A stretch of 64,000 bases of DNA from Candidatus Rokuibacteriota bacterium (GCA_016179965.1 JACPCF010000013.1:7335-71334), one strand, 5' to 3'; numbered from the stretch's first letter, positions 28,256 to 38,413 are shown. Numbers and translations: made by a program. Notes: generated by a model from the letters alone, not told the origin.

Positions 28256-29134
28256 ATGGACGCGGCCGCTTCGCTCATCGCCGAGTGGGAAGATCTCCTG
28301 GCCCGCCGGCCCGCCTTCCGCGATTCGCTCGGCCTCTACGGGGCCGTCCTCGAGGCGTGGGGCCGCTGGAGCCCGGAAGGTTCCCCGGTGCTCCGCTGGG
28401 GGCCCGAGCACTGCCGCGAGCGCTGGGAGCGCGGCGTGTCGCTCATCGTGGAGGCGCCGCCAACCTTCGACCGCGAAGCGCTGGAGCCGCTCTTCGCCCC
28501 CCTGCTCGAGGAGTTGGCGGCCCTCGGGGAGGAGGAGGGGGAGGCGCTCAGCCGGTTCGCGGCGGCCTGGGACGAGGGGCGGTTTGCGCCGCGCGAGCTG
28601 CTGCCCGGGCTTCAGAAGGAGGGCGGGCGGGCACTCTCGGAGACGCTCGGGATTTCCCCGGATCTTGTCAATTTCGTAACCTACCTGGGGCTCCGGCCCC
28701 CCCTGGAGACCTACTTCGCCGAGGCGCGGGCCGCCTTTTCCCCCGACCTGTGGGACGCCGGCGCATGCCCGTTCTGCACCGGGGCTCCGTCGTTCGGAGA
28801 CATCGGCGAAGACGGCAAGCGCTGGCTCTGCTGCGCCCTGTGCGGCGGGCGCTGGACCATCGGCCGCCTCCGCTGCCCGTTCTGCGATAACCGGGACGCG
28901 AAGACGCTGACCCGCCTGGCCGCCGAGGATCAGGAGGAAGGCTACCTCGTCGAGGCGTGCGATCTCTGCCGAGGCTACCTGAAGGGCGTGGACCGGCGAA
29001 CGCGCTGGAACGCGGCCTCCGCGCTGATCGAAGACTGGGGAACGCCCCACCTCGACCTCATCGCCCGCCGCCGCGGCTACTGGCGGGCGACCCCCAGCCT
29101 GATTCAGCTGGCGCCGCCCCTCGACGAGGCTTAG
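28256..29134 (+). CDS. fdhE: Formate dehydrogenase formation protein FdhE
   Basis: C-terminal rubredoxin-like Cys pairs (CPFC...CALCG...CPFC...CDLC). Confidence 0.85.
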   Translation: MDAAASLIAEWEDLLARRPAFRDSLGLYGAVLEAWGRWSPEGSPVLRWGPEHCRERWERGVSLIVEAPPTFDREALEPLFAPLLEELAALGEEEGEALSRFAAAWDEGRFAPRELLPGLQKEGGRALSETLGISPDLVNFVTYLGLRPPLETYFAEARAAFSPDLWDAGACPFCTGAPSFGDIGEDGKRWLCCALCGGRWTIGRLRCPFCDNRDAKTLTRLAAEDQEEGYLVEACDLCRGYLKGVDRRTRWNAASALIEDWGTPHLDLIARRRGYWRATPSLIQLAPPLDEA

Positions 29135-29913
29135 TGGCGGGGGGACGGTCCGCCGTCAACGAAGATCGTCGTCCCCGTCATGAAGCTGGAGGCGTCGGAG
29201 GCCAGCAGCAGGGTGGGGTAGGCCACTTCTTCCGGCTTTCCCCAGCGCCGCATGGCCACCGAGTCGGCGACGCGCTGGTAAGTCTCCTTCGCCTGGTCGC
29301 CGCCCATGCCCAGCACCGCCTCGAAGCCCTCCGTGACGACGGGACCGGGCGCGATGGCGTTCACGCGGATCCCGTGCGGGGCCCAGGCCAGCGCCAGGGT
29401 CTTGGTGAAGTTGATGACGCCGGCCTTGGCCGCGCCGTAGGGGGCCATGAGGACGGAGCCGTGCTCGCCGGCGATGGACGCGATGTTGACGATCACCCCG
29501 CGCTTGCGGGGGATCATGTGGCGGCCCGCCGCCTTGGAGCAGAGGAAGACGCCCGTCAGGTTGATCCCCACCACGGTGTTCCAGCCGTTGGGGCTGATCG
29601 CTTCCACCGGGGCCACGAAGCTCGCGCCGGCGTTGTTGACCAGGACGTCGAGCCGGCCCAGTTCCGCCACGGTGCGGTCCACGAGCTGGTCCACCTGCTC
29701 CGCGCTCCTTACATCCACGGGGATGGCCAGCGCCTTCCGGCCGAGGTCGCGGATCGCCCGGGCCACCGGCTCCAGGTGCTCGGGCTTCCGGCTCCCGACC
29801 ACGACGTGGGCGCCCGCGCGGGCGAATTCGAGCGCGATGGCCCTGCCGATCCCCGTTCCTCCTCCGGTCACGATCGCCACCCGGTCGTCGAGACGAAACG
29901 CATCCAGGCTCAC
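29131..29913 (-). CDS. SDR-family oxidoreductase (3-oxoacyl-ACP reductase-like)
   Basis: TGGGTGIG cofactor motif, NNAG, and YGAAK catalytic Tyr-Lys. GTG start at 29913 with GGAGG 7 nt upstream. The rest of the 576-aa track ORF is antisense to the ccsA-like gene. Confidence 0.9.
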   Translation of the reverse strand: MSLDAFRLDDRVAIVTGGGTGIGRAIALEFARAGAHVVVGSRKPEHLEPVARAIRDLGRKALAIPVDVRSAEQVDQLVDRTVAELGRLDVLVNNAGASFVAPVEAISPNGWNTVVGINLTGVFLCSKAAGRHMIPRKRGVIVNIASIAGEHGSVLMAPYGAAKAGVINFTKTLALAWAPHGIRVNAIAPGPVVTEGFEAVLGMGGDQAKETYQRVADSVAMRRWGKPEEVAYPTLLLASDASSFMTGTTIFVDGGPSPRH

Positions 29914-29992
29914 TGGCGCACCTCCGTGGGGTGAGAGTGAACTCCTCGGCGGGGGCAGGGTAGGGCGGCCGGGTTCCACTGTCAACTCGAAG

Positions 29993-30021
29993 TTGCGTGG
30001 GAGACCGCAGGCTGTTAGAAT
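29993..30021 (+). promoter_or_regulatory. Candidate promoter of the hem operon (TTGCGT-17-TAGAAT with TG extension)
   Basis: TTGCGT at 29993-29998 and TGTTAGAAT at 30013-30021, about 40 nt upstream of GTG 30061. Confidence 0.45.
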
Positions 30022-30060
30022 TTTCGTGATGGGCCCGTCCCCGCGTGGGCGCCTCCGGCC

Positions 30061-30870
30061 GTGAACCTGATCCTCTTCGACCTGGCGCTCGTGGTGTACC
30101 TCCTGGCCACGGCGCTGGCGCTGATCCACCTCGTCCAGCGCAAGGAGGCGATCTACCGGCTCGCGGCGCTCGCCACGCTGGCGGGCTGGGTGCTCCACAC
30201 TCTGGCGCTCGTGGTGAGGGGCGTCGAGCTCGGGCGTCCGCCGCTCGGGACGCTCGTGGAGGCGATGTCGGTGGTGGGGTGGGCCTGCGTGCTCTTCACC
30301 CTCTGGGCGGAGCGGCAGTACGGCGTCAAGGTCCTGGGCGCCTTTGTCCTCCCCCTCGTGGCACTCTCCGGCGTCTCGGGGGCGTGGCTTCCCCCGGGCC
30401 TCGGCGATCTCGCTCCCGCCCTCAAAAACGCCTGGATCTCGGTTCACGTGATCCTCGCCATGCTGGGGATCGCGGCCTTCGTCCTGAACTTCGCGGGCGG
30501 CGTCATGTACCTCCTCCAGGAACGCCAGCTCAAGGCCAAGCGTCCCGGCGCCCTCTACTACCGTCTCCCCTCGCTTGAGACGCTGGATCGCATGACCTAT
30601 CGAGCGCTGACGCTGGGGTTCCCGTTCCTGACGCTCGGGCTCCTGCTCGGGGCGCTCTGGGCGCGAACGGCCTGGGGAAGCGTCTTCGCCTTCGACCCGC
30701 TGGCGCTCTTCTCGTTTTTGGCGTGGCTCGTCTACGCCGCGACGCTCGGGGGGCGGGCCGTGGCGGGGTGGCGGGGCCGCCGCGCCGCGTACTTCGCCGT
30801 GCTGGGCTTCAGCGCGCTCGTGCTGACTCTCGGAGCGGGCCTGTTGCTGCCAGGAAAGCACGGATCCTGA
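30061..30870 (+). CDS. Cytochrome c assembly protein family (CcsA/HemX-like) membrane protein
   Basis: 269-aa polytopic protein with a Trp-rich segment (LLGALWARTAWGSVFAFDP). Sits immediately upstream of hemA, as Bacillus hemX does. Confidence 0.7.
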   Translation: MNLILFDLALVVYLLATALALIHLVQRKEAIYRLAALATLAGWVLHTLALVVRGVELGRPPLGTLVEAMSVVGWACVLFTLWAERQYGVKVLGAFVLPLVALSGVSGAWLPPGLGDLAPALKNAWISVHVILAMLGIAAFVLNFAGGVMYLLQERQLKAKRPGALYYRLPSLETLDRMTYRALTLGFPFLTLGLLLGALWARTAWGSVFAFDPLALFSFLAWLVYAATLGGRAVAGWRGRRAAYFAVLGFSALVLTLGAGLLLPGKHGS

Positions 30871-32153
30871 TGGCCGAGCTCTTCGTCGCCGGCCTGAGCC
30901 ACAAGACCGCGCCGATCGCCGTCCGCGAGCAGCTCGCCGTGGAAGAAGACAAGCTCCGCGAGATCCTCGCGGACGTCCACGCCACGGGGGCGCTCTCGGA
31001 AGTGCTCATCCTCTCGACCTGCAACCGCGTGGAGGTCTACGGCGTCGCCGACGTGCCCGGGGAGGCCCGCGCCCTCGCCTTCCGCCGCCTCGGCCAGCAC
31101 CGCGGCGTGGACCTCGCTCGGGTGGAGCCGCTCCTGTACACCAAATCGGGCGCCGAGGCGGTCCACCACTGCTTCCGCGTGGCGGCCAGCCTGGACTCCA
31201 TGATGCTCGGTGAGCCCCAGATCCTGGGGCAAGTCAAAGACGCCTTCGGGCTGGCCCAGAGCTGCCAGACCGTCGGACCGCTCCTCCACCACCTCTGGAG
31301 CCAGGCCTTCGCCGTGGCCAAGAAGGTGAGGACGCAGACGGAGCTGGCTCGGCACGCGGTTTCGGTCTCCTACGCCGCCGTAGAGCTCGCCCGGAAAATC
31401 TTCTCGAGCCTCAACGGTAAAGCGGTGCTGCTGATCGGCACTGGCAAGATGGGCGAGCTGGCCGCCAAGCACCTGGTGGACCAGGGGGCGTTCCCGATCT
31501 TCGTGGCCAACCGGACCTGGGCCCGCGCCCAGGAGATGGCCCGCGCCCTGGCGGGGACCGCGGTGCCCTTCGACGAGTGGCCGGAGGCCCTGGGAAGCGT
31601 GGACATCGTGATCACCTCCACCGGCGCCCCGGAGCCCATCGTGAGACGCGCCCAGGTGGAGCGCTCCATCCAGAGCCGCCGCTCGCAGCCGCTCTTCTTC
31701 ATTGACATCGGCGTCCCGCGGGACGTGGAGCCGGGCGTCAACGAGCTGAACGCGGTCTTCTGCTACGACATCGACGATCTGCGTCAGGTGGTGGACTCGA
31801 ACCTCCGGGAACGGCTGCGCGAAGCCCAGAAGGCCGAGGCCCTCGTCGAGCGCGAGGTGGCCAAATTCCTGGCCCGCGCCCAGGACCACGCGGTGGTGCC
31901 GACCATCGTCTCCCTCAGGGAGCGACTGGAAGCCATCCGGCGGGGCGAGGTGGAAAAGGCCTACACGCTGCTTCCCGACGCCGACGCCCAGACGCGCAGG
32001 GCCATCGAGGCGATGTCGCAAGCCATCGTGAACAAGATCCTCCACACCCCCATCGTGACGCTGCGGGAGCGCTCGCGGGGCGGCCACGGGCGCAGCTGGA
32101 CGGAGATGGTCCACGAGCTGTTCGGCCTCGCCGGGAGGGGAGAAGAGAAATGA
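30870..32153 (+). CDS. hemA: Glutamyl-tRNA reductase
   Basis: LFVAGLSHKTAPIAVREQLAV; active-site STCNRVEVY; NAD-binding LLIGTGKMGE. The ATG overlaps the upstream TGA by 1 nt. Confidence 0.95.
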   Translation: MAELFVAGLSHKTAPIAVREQLAVEEDKLREILADVHATGALSEVLILSTCNRVEVYGVADVPGEARALAFRRLGQHRGVDLARVEPLLYTKSGAEAVHHCFRVAASLDSMMLGEPQILGQVKDAFGLAQSCQTVGPLLHHLWSQAFAVAKKVRTQTELARHAVSVSYAAVELARKIFSSLNGKAVLLIGTGKMGELAAKHLVDQGAFPIFVANRTWARAQEMARALAGTAVPFDEWPEALGSVDIVITSTGAPEPIVRRAQVERSIQSRRSQPLFFIDIGVPRDVEPGVNELNAVFCYDIDDLRQVVDSNLRERLREAQKAEALVEREVAKFLARAQDHAVVPTIVSLRERLEAIRRGEVEKAYTLLPDADAQTRRAIEAMSQAIVNKILHTPIVTLRERSRGGHGRSWTEMVHELFGLAGRGEEK

Positions 32154-33085
32154 CCGCGTCTCCCATCCACGTCGGCGCGCGGGGAAGCCCGCTGGCCCTG
32201 CGCCAGGCGACGCTGGTCGCCGAGCGCCTCCGCGCTGTGGTCCCGGATCGTCCCGTCGAGATCGTCTCGATGAAAACCTCGGGTGATCGGCTGGCCCAGG
32301 TCTCGCTCGGCGAATTCGGCGGCAAGGCGCTCTTCGTGAAGGAACTGGAGGAGGCGCTCGCCGATGGGCGCGTGGACGTCGCCGTCCACAGCCTGAAGGA
32401 TATGCCGGCCGAACTTCCCGACGGTCTCTGCCTGGCGGCGTTCCCCACCCGGGAGGATCCGCGCGACGTTCTGGTGAGCCTGACGGGCGGGGGGATCGCC
32501 GACCTTCCTCGCGGGGCCACGGTTGGGACCTCGAGTCTCCGGCGCCGCGTGCTGCTCCTATCCCTCCGGCCGGACTTGAGGATCGAGCCCATCCGAGGCA
32601 ACGTGGATACTCGTCTCACAAAGCTCTCTCTGGGAGCGTGGGATGCCATCGTGGTCGCTGCGGCGGGGCTGGCGCGGCTCGGCCTCGCCCCGCCCAACGC
32701 CCGGCCCCTGGCGCCGGAAGAATTCATCCCCGCGGTCGGGCAGGGAATCCTGGCGATCGAAGCCCGCTTGGCGGATCGCGACCTCCGCGCCCTTCTGGGG
32801 CGGCTCGACGACCCGGCGACCCGCGCCCAGGCCGACGCCGAGCGCGCGTTTTTGCGCCATCTCGGCGCCAGTTGTCACACGCCGGTGGCCGCCCACGCCC
32901 AGCTGGCGAACGGGGTGTTGAGCCTGGACGGGCTGGTGGCGAGCCTCGACGGCCGGCGCGTGATCCGAAGCCGCGCGAGGGGGGCCGCCGCCGGCGCGGA
33001 GCTGCTGGGCCAGAAGCTGGCCGACGACCTGCTCGCGCAAGGAGCCGGAGAGGTCCTCAGCGAGATCAAGCGGGCAGGACGATGA
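32150..33085 (+). CDS. hemC: Hydroxymethylbilane synthase (porphobilinogen deaminase)
   Basis: 311 aa (GARGSPLALRQA; GNVDTRL; dipyrromethane Cys context LGASCHTPVAAHA). ATGA overlap with hemA. Confidence 0.95.
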   Translation: MTASPIHVGARGSPLALRQATLVAERLRAVVPDRPVEIVSMKTSGDRLAQVSLGEFGGKALFVKELEEALADGRVDVAVHSLKDMPAELPDGLCLAAFPTREDPRDVLVSLTGGGIADLPRGATVGTSSLRRRVLLLSLRPDLRIEPIRGNVDTRLTKLSLGAWDAIVVAAAGLARLGLAPPNARPLAPEEFIPAVGQGILAIEARLADRDLRALLGRLDDPATRAQADAERAFLRHLGASCHTPVAAHAQLANGVLSLDGLVASLDGRRVIRSRARGAAAGAELLGQKLADDLLAQGAGEVLSEIKRAGR

Positions 33086-33906
33086 GCGTGCAGCCGAACG
33101 TGCGCGCGCGCCCGCTGGCAGGCAGGCGCATCGTGATCACCCGGGCCCGGGAGCAGGCGAGCCGCTTCCGCCGCCTCTTGGAGGCGGCCGGCGCCGAGGT
33201 GATTGAGATGCCGGCGATTCGCATCGCGCCCCCCGAGTCGTGGGATCCGCTCGACGCCGCGATCGCGCGGCTCGAAACGTTTGACTGGGTCATCTTCACC
33301 AGCGTCAACGGCGTCGAGAGCGTTCGGCGTCGCGCGGCCCTTACGGGAGAGCACGCCGTGGTCGAGATGCTTCGCCGGCGACGGGTGGCTGCAATCGGCC
33401 CCGCCACGGCGTCCGCGCTCGAGGAGTGGGGAGTCGCGCCCGAAGTGGTTCCCGACGAGTACCGAGCCGAGGGGCTGGTGGAGCGGCTCCGTGGGGTGAT
33501 CCGCGCGGACGACCGCGTGCTCCTGCCGCGCGCCGCCCAGACGCGGGACGTCCTGGTGAAAGAGCTCGAGCGCGTGGGCGCCAGCGTGACGGAGGTTCCG
33601 GCCTACCGGACGCTTCCCGTCAACGAGCCGGGGGCGGTGGTGCGCCGGGTCGTTGGGGGGCGTCCGGTGGACGTGGTGACCTTCACGAGCTCTTCCACCG
33701 TCCGTCACTTCCTGGGAATGTTGTCGGACGAGGACCAGGCGGCCCTGTTCGGCGACGAGACCGTGGTGGCCTGCATCGGCCCCATCACGGCTGACACGGC
33801 GAGGGAGTTCGGTCTCGAGACGCGAATCATGCCCTCGGAGTACACGATCCCGACCCTGGCGAACGCCATCATCGACCATTTCGTAGCCAAAAAAGGAGTC
33901 AGATGA
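33082..33906 (+). CDS. hemD: Uroporphyrinogen-III synthase
   Basis: 274 aa HEM4-like protein ([11 protein letters not shown]...FTSVNGV...FTSSSTV). ATGA overlaps at both ends, between hemC and hemB. Confidence 0.85.
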   Translation: MSVQPNVRARPLAGRRIVITRAREQASRFRRLLEAAGAEVIEMPAIRIAPPESWDPLDAAIARLETFDWVIFTSVNGVESVRRRAALTGEHAVVEMLRRRRVAAIGPATASALEEWGVAPEVVPDEYRAEGLVERLRGVIRADDRVLLPRAAQTRDVLVKELERVGASVTEVPAYRTLPVNEPGAVVRRVVGGRPVDVVTFTSSSTVRHFLGMLSDEDQAALFGDETVVACIGPITADTAREFGLETRIMPSEYTIPTLANAIIDHFVAKKGVR

Positions 33907-34892
33907 TGCCGTACCCTGTGTTTCGTCCGCGGCGACTGCGCGAATCGGCGCTCCTGAGGAAGATGATCCGCGAGACGCGGCTCGATGTGGACGACCTGAT
34001 TTACCCGCTGTTCGTCGTCCACGGTCGTGGCATCCGCGAGCCCATCCCCTCGATGCCGGGCCAGTGCCGCCTGTCGGTGGACGAGCTGGTGAAGGAGGCG
34101 AAAGACGCCGCGGGAATGCGGATCCCGGCGGTGCTCCTGTTCGGGCTGCCGAAGGAGAAAGACCCCCGCGGGTCCGAGGCCTATGCCGAGGACGGGATCG
34201 TCCAGCAGGCGGTCCGGGCCGTCAAGGATACGATCCCCGACCTCCTGGTGATCACCGATGTCTGTCTCTGCCAGTACACCAGCCACGGCCACTGTGGCGT
34301 CGTAGAGGACGGCCGGGTCAAGAACGACCCCACCCTCGACCTCCTCGCTCGGATCGCCGTCTCGTACGCGGAGGCGGGCGCCGACATGGTGGCGCCGTCG
34401 GACATGATGGACGGGCGCGTCGCGGCGATCCGCGAGGCCCTCGACGAGGGGGCGTTCCAGGAGACGCCGATCATGGCGTACTCGGCGAAGTACGCCTCGA
34501 GCTTCTACGGCCCCTTCCGCGACGCCGCGGAATCGGCGCCCCAGTTCGGCGACCGGCGCTCGTACCAGATGGATCCCGGCAACGCCATCGAGGCGCTGCG
34601 GGAGGTCGGCTTGGACGTGGACGAGGGGGCCGACATCGTCATGGTCAAGCCGGCGCTGCCCTATCTCGACGTGATCGCCCGCGTGAAGGCGGAGTTCGGG
34701 CTGCCCGTCGCCGCCTATTCCGTCTCGGGCGAGTACGCGATGATCAAGGCAGCGGGTCGGTTGGGCTGGCTCGACGAGGAGCGCGCGATGATGGAGACGC
34801 TCGTCGCCATCCGGCGGGCCGGGGCCGACCTGGTCATTACCTATTTCGCGAAAGACGCCGCCCGGCTCCTCGAGAGTGGCGCCACGCCGTAG
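33903..34892 (+). CDS. hemB: Porphobilinogen synthase (delta-aminolevulinate dehydratase)
   Basis: 329 aa (RPRRLR; Zn-site [12 protein letters not shown]; [11 protein letters not shown]). Confidence 0.95.
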   Translation: MMPYPVFRPRRLRESALLRKMIRETRLDVDDLIYPLFVVHGRGIREPIPSMPGQCRLSVDELVKEAKDAAGMRIPAVLLFGLPKEKDPRGSEAYAEDGIVQQAVRAVKDTIPDLLVITDVCLCQYTSHGHCGVVEDGRVKNDPTLDLLARIAVSYAEAGADMVAPSDMMDGRVAAIREALDEGAFQETPIMAYSAKYASSFYGPFRDAAESAPQFGDRRSYQMDPGNAIEALREVGLDVDEGADIVMVKPALPYLDVIARVKAEFGLPVAAYSVSGEYAMIKAAGRLGWLDEERAMMETLVAIRRAGADLVITYFAKDAARLLESGATP

Positions 34893-34898
34893 AGCGGG

Positions 34899-35345
34899 AT
34901 GCGGATCTCGGCCAAGGGCGAGTACGCGATCAAGGCCATGCTGGATCTGGCTCTGCACTACGGCAAGGGGCTGATCCCGATCCAGGACATCGCCGCGCGC
35001 CAGGGGATTCCCCACCGGTATCTCGAACAGGTGCTCCTGCTGCTCAAGCGCGCGGGCTTCCTTCACTCGAAGCGCGGCGCCGCGGGTGGGTACCAGCTCG
35101 GGCGGCCCCCGCAGGAGATCACCATCGGGGCCGTGCTGGGGGCCATGGAGGGGTCGCTGGAGCGCGCGGAATCGGGCCACCGGGCGAGCCGGCGCTCGGC
35201 CGCGGATCACGCCCGCGACCTCGAGGAGCTCTGGCACGAGATTTCCGCGGCGGTCTCCGCGGTCGTGGACCGCGTCTCGTTCGCGGACCTCTGCCAGCGG
35301 GTGGAGCAGCGGCGCAGCGCGGCGCGCCCCATGTACCACATCTGA
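34899..35345 (+). CDS. Rrf2-family transcriptional regulator (CymR/IscR-like)
   Basis: MRISAKGEYAIKAMLDLA...GGYQLGRPPQEITIG. No obvious 3-Cys FeS ligand cluster seen. Confidence 0.85.
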   Translation: MRISAKGEYAIKAMLDLALHYGKGLIPIQDIAARQGIPHRYLEQVLLLLKRAGFLHSKRGAAGGYQLGRPPQEITIGAVLGAMEGSLERAESGHRASRRSAADHARDLEELWHEISAAVSAVVDRVSFADLCQRVEQRRSAARPMYHI

Positions 35346-36298
35346 TGGGAGGCATGGCCGGACGCCGCGGCGAGGCCCCAGGCCGGCCGAAGGTCGCCGC
35401 CTCGGTGCTGGACCTGGTCGGTAATACGCCGCTGGTCCGCCTCAACAAGGTCGCGAAGCCGGGCGGCGCGGCGATCCTGGCGAAGCTGGAGTCGCTGAAC
35501 CCCGGCGGGAGCGTCAAGGACCGGATCGCGGTGAGCATGATCGAGGACGCCGAACGCCGCGGCCTCCTCCGGCCCGGCTCGACGATCGTCGAGCCCACCA
35601 GCGGGAACACGGGGATCGGGCTGGCCATAGTGGCGGCCGTTCGGGGGTACCGGTTGATCCTCACGATGCCGGACGACATGAGCGTGGAGCGCCAACGGCT
35701 GCTGGCTCGGCTTGGGGCCGAACTGCACCTGACGCCGGCGATCGAGGGAATGACGGGCGCGGTCTATGCTGCCACGGAACTCCTCAGAGCTCAGCCGGAT
35801 TATTTCATGCCCCAGCAGTTCGAGAACCCCGCGAACCCTGAGATCCATCGCCGCACAACGGCCCCGGAGATCCTGGACGCCACCGAGGGCAGGCTGCACG
35901 CCTTCGTGGCCGGGGTGGGAACCGGCGGAACGATCACGGGGGTGGGGGAGATCCTGAAGGAAAAAGTGCCGGGGATCAGGATCGTCGGCGTTGAGCCGGC
36001 CCGCTCCCCCGTGCTCTCGGGGGGCAAGGCCCGCCCTCACGCGATCCAGGGGATCGGGGCTTCCTTCGTGCCGGGTGTGCTCAACATGAAGGTGGTCGAT
36101 GAAGTTATCCAGGTGAGGGACGAGGACGCGATGGCCATGGCCGCGCGGCTGACCCGCGAGGAAGGCTTGCTGGTGGGAATCTCGGCGGGGGCGGCGGTGT
36201 TCGCCGCGTGTCAGGTGGCGGCGCGGCTCAAGCCGGATCAGGTCGTCGTGACCGTGCTGCCCGACACGGGCGAGCGCTACCTGAGCCTGCCCCTCTAA
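35345..36298 (+). CDS. Cysteine synthase (CysK/CysM family PLP enzyme)
   Basis: GNTPLVRLN, the PLP-lysine context SLNPGGSVKDRIA, and TSGNTGIGLA. Start ATG 35345 overlaps the Rrf2 stop; alternative ATG at 35354. Confidence 0.9.
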   Translation: MGGMAGRRGEAPGRPKVAASVLDLVGNTPLVRLNKVAKPGGAAILAKLESLNPGGSVKDRIAVSMIEDAERRGLLRPGSTIVEPTSGNTGIGLAIVAAVRGYRLILTMPDDMSVERQRLLARLGAELHLTPAIEGMTGAVYAATELLRAQPDYFMPQQFENPANPEIHRRTTAPEILDATEGRLHAFVAGVGTGGTITGVGEILKEKVPGIRIVGVEPARSPVLSGGKARPHAIQGIGASFVPGVLNMKVVDEVIQVRDEDAMAMAARLTREEGLLVGISAGAAVFAACQVAARLKPDQVVVTVLPDTGERYLSLPL

Positions 36299-36316
36299 CG
36301 ACTCGGAGGCTTCGGC

Positions 36317-36595
36317 ATGGCCGTCAAGGTCTACATCCCGACGCCGTTCCGTCGGGCGACCCACAACAAAGACAAGGTCGAGGTCGAGGCCGCCGACGTG
36401 CGGCGGCTCCTGGATCGGCTCGAGGCCGACTTCAGCGGCTTCAAGGGCCTGGTGAGAAACGAGCGGGGCGAGGTGCACCACCACGTCAACATCTACGTGA
36501 ACAGCGAAGCCATCGAAGCCCTCCAGGGGGTGGCGACCCCGCTCAAGGACGGGGACGAGGTCGCCATCATCCCGGCGCTGGCCGGAGGGCGATGA
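36317..36595 (+). CDS. MoaD/ThiS-family sulfur carrier (CysO-like) ending ...ALAGG-R
   Basis: 92 aa beta-grasp-sized protein. The C-terminal Gly-Gly is followed by a single Arg before the stop. Lies between a cysteine synthase and a JAMM protease. Confidence 0.7.
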   Translation: MAVKVYIPTPFRRATHNKDKVEVEAADVRRLLDRLEADFSGFKGLVRNERGEVHHHVNIYVNSEAIEALQGVATPLKDGDEVAIIPALAGGR

Positions 36596-37059
36596 TCCTC
36601 ACCCGGTTCGAGTTCCGACAGATCCGTATCCAGGCCGAGGTGGAGTACCCGTCCGAGTGCTGCGGGGTCGTGCTCGTCCGGAACGGGGCTCCCGGCGAGC
36701 GGCTGCTGCTTCCCTGCCGCAACGTCCAGGATGAATTTCACGCCAAGGATCCGGAGAAGTATCCCCGCGACTCCCGGACCGCCTACCACCTGGATCCCCA
36801 GAACCTGCTCCGGATCGGCCGGCTCGAGGGCGATGGGTACCGCGTTCGCACGATCTACCACTCGCACATTGACGCGGGGGCGTATTTTTCCGAGACCGAC
36901 AAGAAGAACGCCTTGCTTCAGGGCGAGCCCCTGTACCCCGAGGCCGCCTACGTGGTCGTCTCGGTGGTGGAAGGGAAGGTCAAGGCCGCCGCGGCGTTCG
37001 TCTGGAATCCCGAGGTCAGGAACTTCGTGCCCCTGGAGCTGCCGGCGCTCCCCCTGTGA
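36592..37059 (+). CDS. JAMM/MPN+ metalloprotease (Mec-like)
   Basis: Glu in YPSECCG plus the [14 protein letters not shown] motif (HxHx7SxxD). ATGA overlap with the carrier gene. Confidence 0.8.
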   Translation: MILTRFEFRQIRIQAEVEYPSECCGVVLVRNGAPGERLLLPCRNVQDEFHAKDPEKYPRDSRTAYHLDPQNLLRIGRLEGDGYRVRTIYHSHIDAGAYFSETDKKNALLQGEPLYPEAAYVVVSVVEGKVKAAAAFVWNPEVRNFVPLELPALPL

Positions 37060-38333
37060 ATCGTTCGGATTCGCTCTTCGAGGCGGCGCAGCGGCTGATC
37101 CCGGGCGGCGTGAACAGCCCGGTCCGGGCGTTCCGCGCCGTCGGCGGCCGGCCGTTCTTCGTCGAGCGCGGGGAGGGCGCGCGCATCTGGGACGTTGACG
37201 GGCGGTCGTACCTGGACTTTCTCGGGGCGTGGGGACCGCTGATTCTGGGCCACGCTCCCGCGGTCGTTGTCGAGGCCCTCAGCGCGGCGGCGCGCCGGGG
37301 GACGAGCTACGGCGCGCCGACTCCGCGGGAGGTGGAGATCGCCGAGGCGATCTCACAGGCGATGCCCTCGATCCAGACGCTGAGGCTGGTCTCCTCGGGG
37401 ACGGAGGCCGCCATGAGCGCCATCCGCCTGGCCCGCGGCGCGACCGGCCGCGACGTCATCATCAAGTTCGAGGGGTGCTACCACGGTCACGCCGACAGCC
37501 TGCTGGTGAAGGCCGGCTCCGGCGGCGCCACCTTCTCCGTTCCGGACAGCGCCGGAGTCCCGGCCTCCCTGGCGGCGCTCACGCTGACGGTCGACTTCAA
37601 TGACCTGGAGGCCGTGGAGATCGCCTTCCGCGATCATCGCGATAAGGTCGCCGCGGTGATCGTGGAACCGGTGGCGGGCAACATGGGCGTGGTGCCGCCG
37701 GCTCCGGCCTTCCTCGAGGGGCTCCGTGACCTCTGCACCCACTACGGCGCGCTCCTCATCTTCGACGAGGTGATCACGGGTTTCCGCGTCGCCTACGGCG
37801 GCGCCCAATCGCTCTACGGGGTTATCCCCGACCTGACCTGCCTGGGAAAGATCATCGGCGGCGGTCTCCCCGTCGGCGCCTACGGAGGCCGCCGCGACCT
37901 GATGGAGCATGTGGCGCCCCTCGGCGGGGTCTATCAGGCGGGGACCCTCTCGGGCAATCCTCTCGCCGTGGCTGCGGGGCTCGCGACACTTCGGGTGCTG
38001 AAGGACGCGGGGGTGTACCAGCGCCTCGAGACCCTGGGAGCCCGGCTCCAGGCGGGGCTGGAGACGGCGTCCCGCGCGGCGGGGGTGCCCGCCACGGTCA
38101 ACCGGGTCGGCTCCATGCTCACCCTGTTCTTCACCGAGGGGCCGGTGACCGACTTCGCCTCGGCCAAGCGCTCAGACACGGGACGGTACGCCAAGTTCTT
38201 CCACGCGATGCTGGCGCGTGGGGTCTTCCTCGCCGCCTCCCAGTTCGAGGCGGCCTTCGTGTCCCTGGCCCACTCCGAGGCGGATATCGAGAGCGCCGCC
38301 CAAGCGGCGCGCCAGGCCCTCAGCGCGGCATAA
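37056..38333 (+). CDS. hemL: Glutamate-1-semialdehyde 2,1-aminomutase
   Basis: 425 aa ([13 protein letters not shown]; PLP-Lys context [17 protein letters not shown]). The GTG start overlaps the Mec stop (GTGA). Confidence 0.95.
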   Translation: MNRSDSLFEAAQRLIPGGVNSPVRAFRAVGGRPFFVERGEGARIWDVDGRSYLDFLGAWGPLILGHAPAVVVEALSAAARRGTSYGAPTPREVEIAEAISQAMPSIQTLRLVSSGTEAAMSAIRLARGATGRDVIIKFEGCYHGHADSLLVKAGSGGATFSVPDSAGVPASLAALTLTVDFNDLEAVEIAFRDHRDKVAAVIVEPVAGNMGVVPPAPAFLEGLRDLCTHYGALLIFDEVITGFRVAYGGAQSLYGVIPDLTCLGKIIGGGLPVGAYGGRRDLMEHVAPLGGVYQAGTLSGNPLAVAAGLATLRVLKDAGVYQRLETLGARLQAGLETASRAAGVPATVNRVGSMLTLFFTEGPVTDFASAKRSDTGRYAKFFHAMLARGVFLAASQFEAAFVSLAHSEADIESAAQAARQALSAA

Positions 38334-38386
38334 CCCCCTTGACTCCCGGGGAAGGGGGGTGATAGGATTCACGACGTTTCAACCCT

Positions 38387-38413
38387 GGAGTCACGCCTTC
38401 CGACTCCGTTTTT
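38387..38413 (+). terminator. Weak hairpin plus T-run after hemL (terminator or act leader structure)
   Basis: GGAGTC-ACGCCTTCC-GACTCC followed by GTTTTT. Only a 6-bp stem. A TTGACT-18-TAGGAT promoter-like pair (38339-38368) lies upstream of it, so its role is ambiguous. Confidence 0.35.

Noticed and set aside
38339-38368. TTGACT-18-TAGGAT as the act operon promoter.
   Set aside because: Not listed as a feature. The -10 is poor, and a hairpin plus T-run (38387-38413) lies between it and actA. That hairpin is equally consistent with a hemL terminator. Its role cannot be settled without TSS data.
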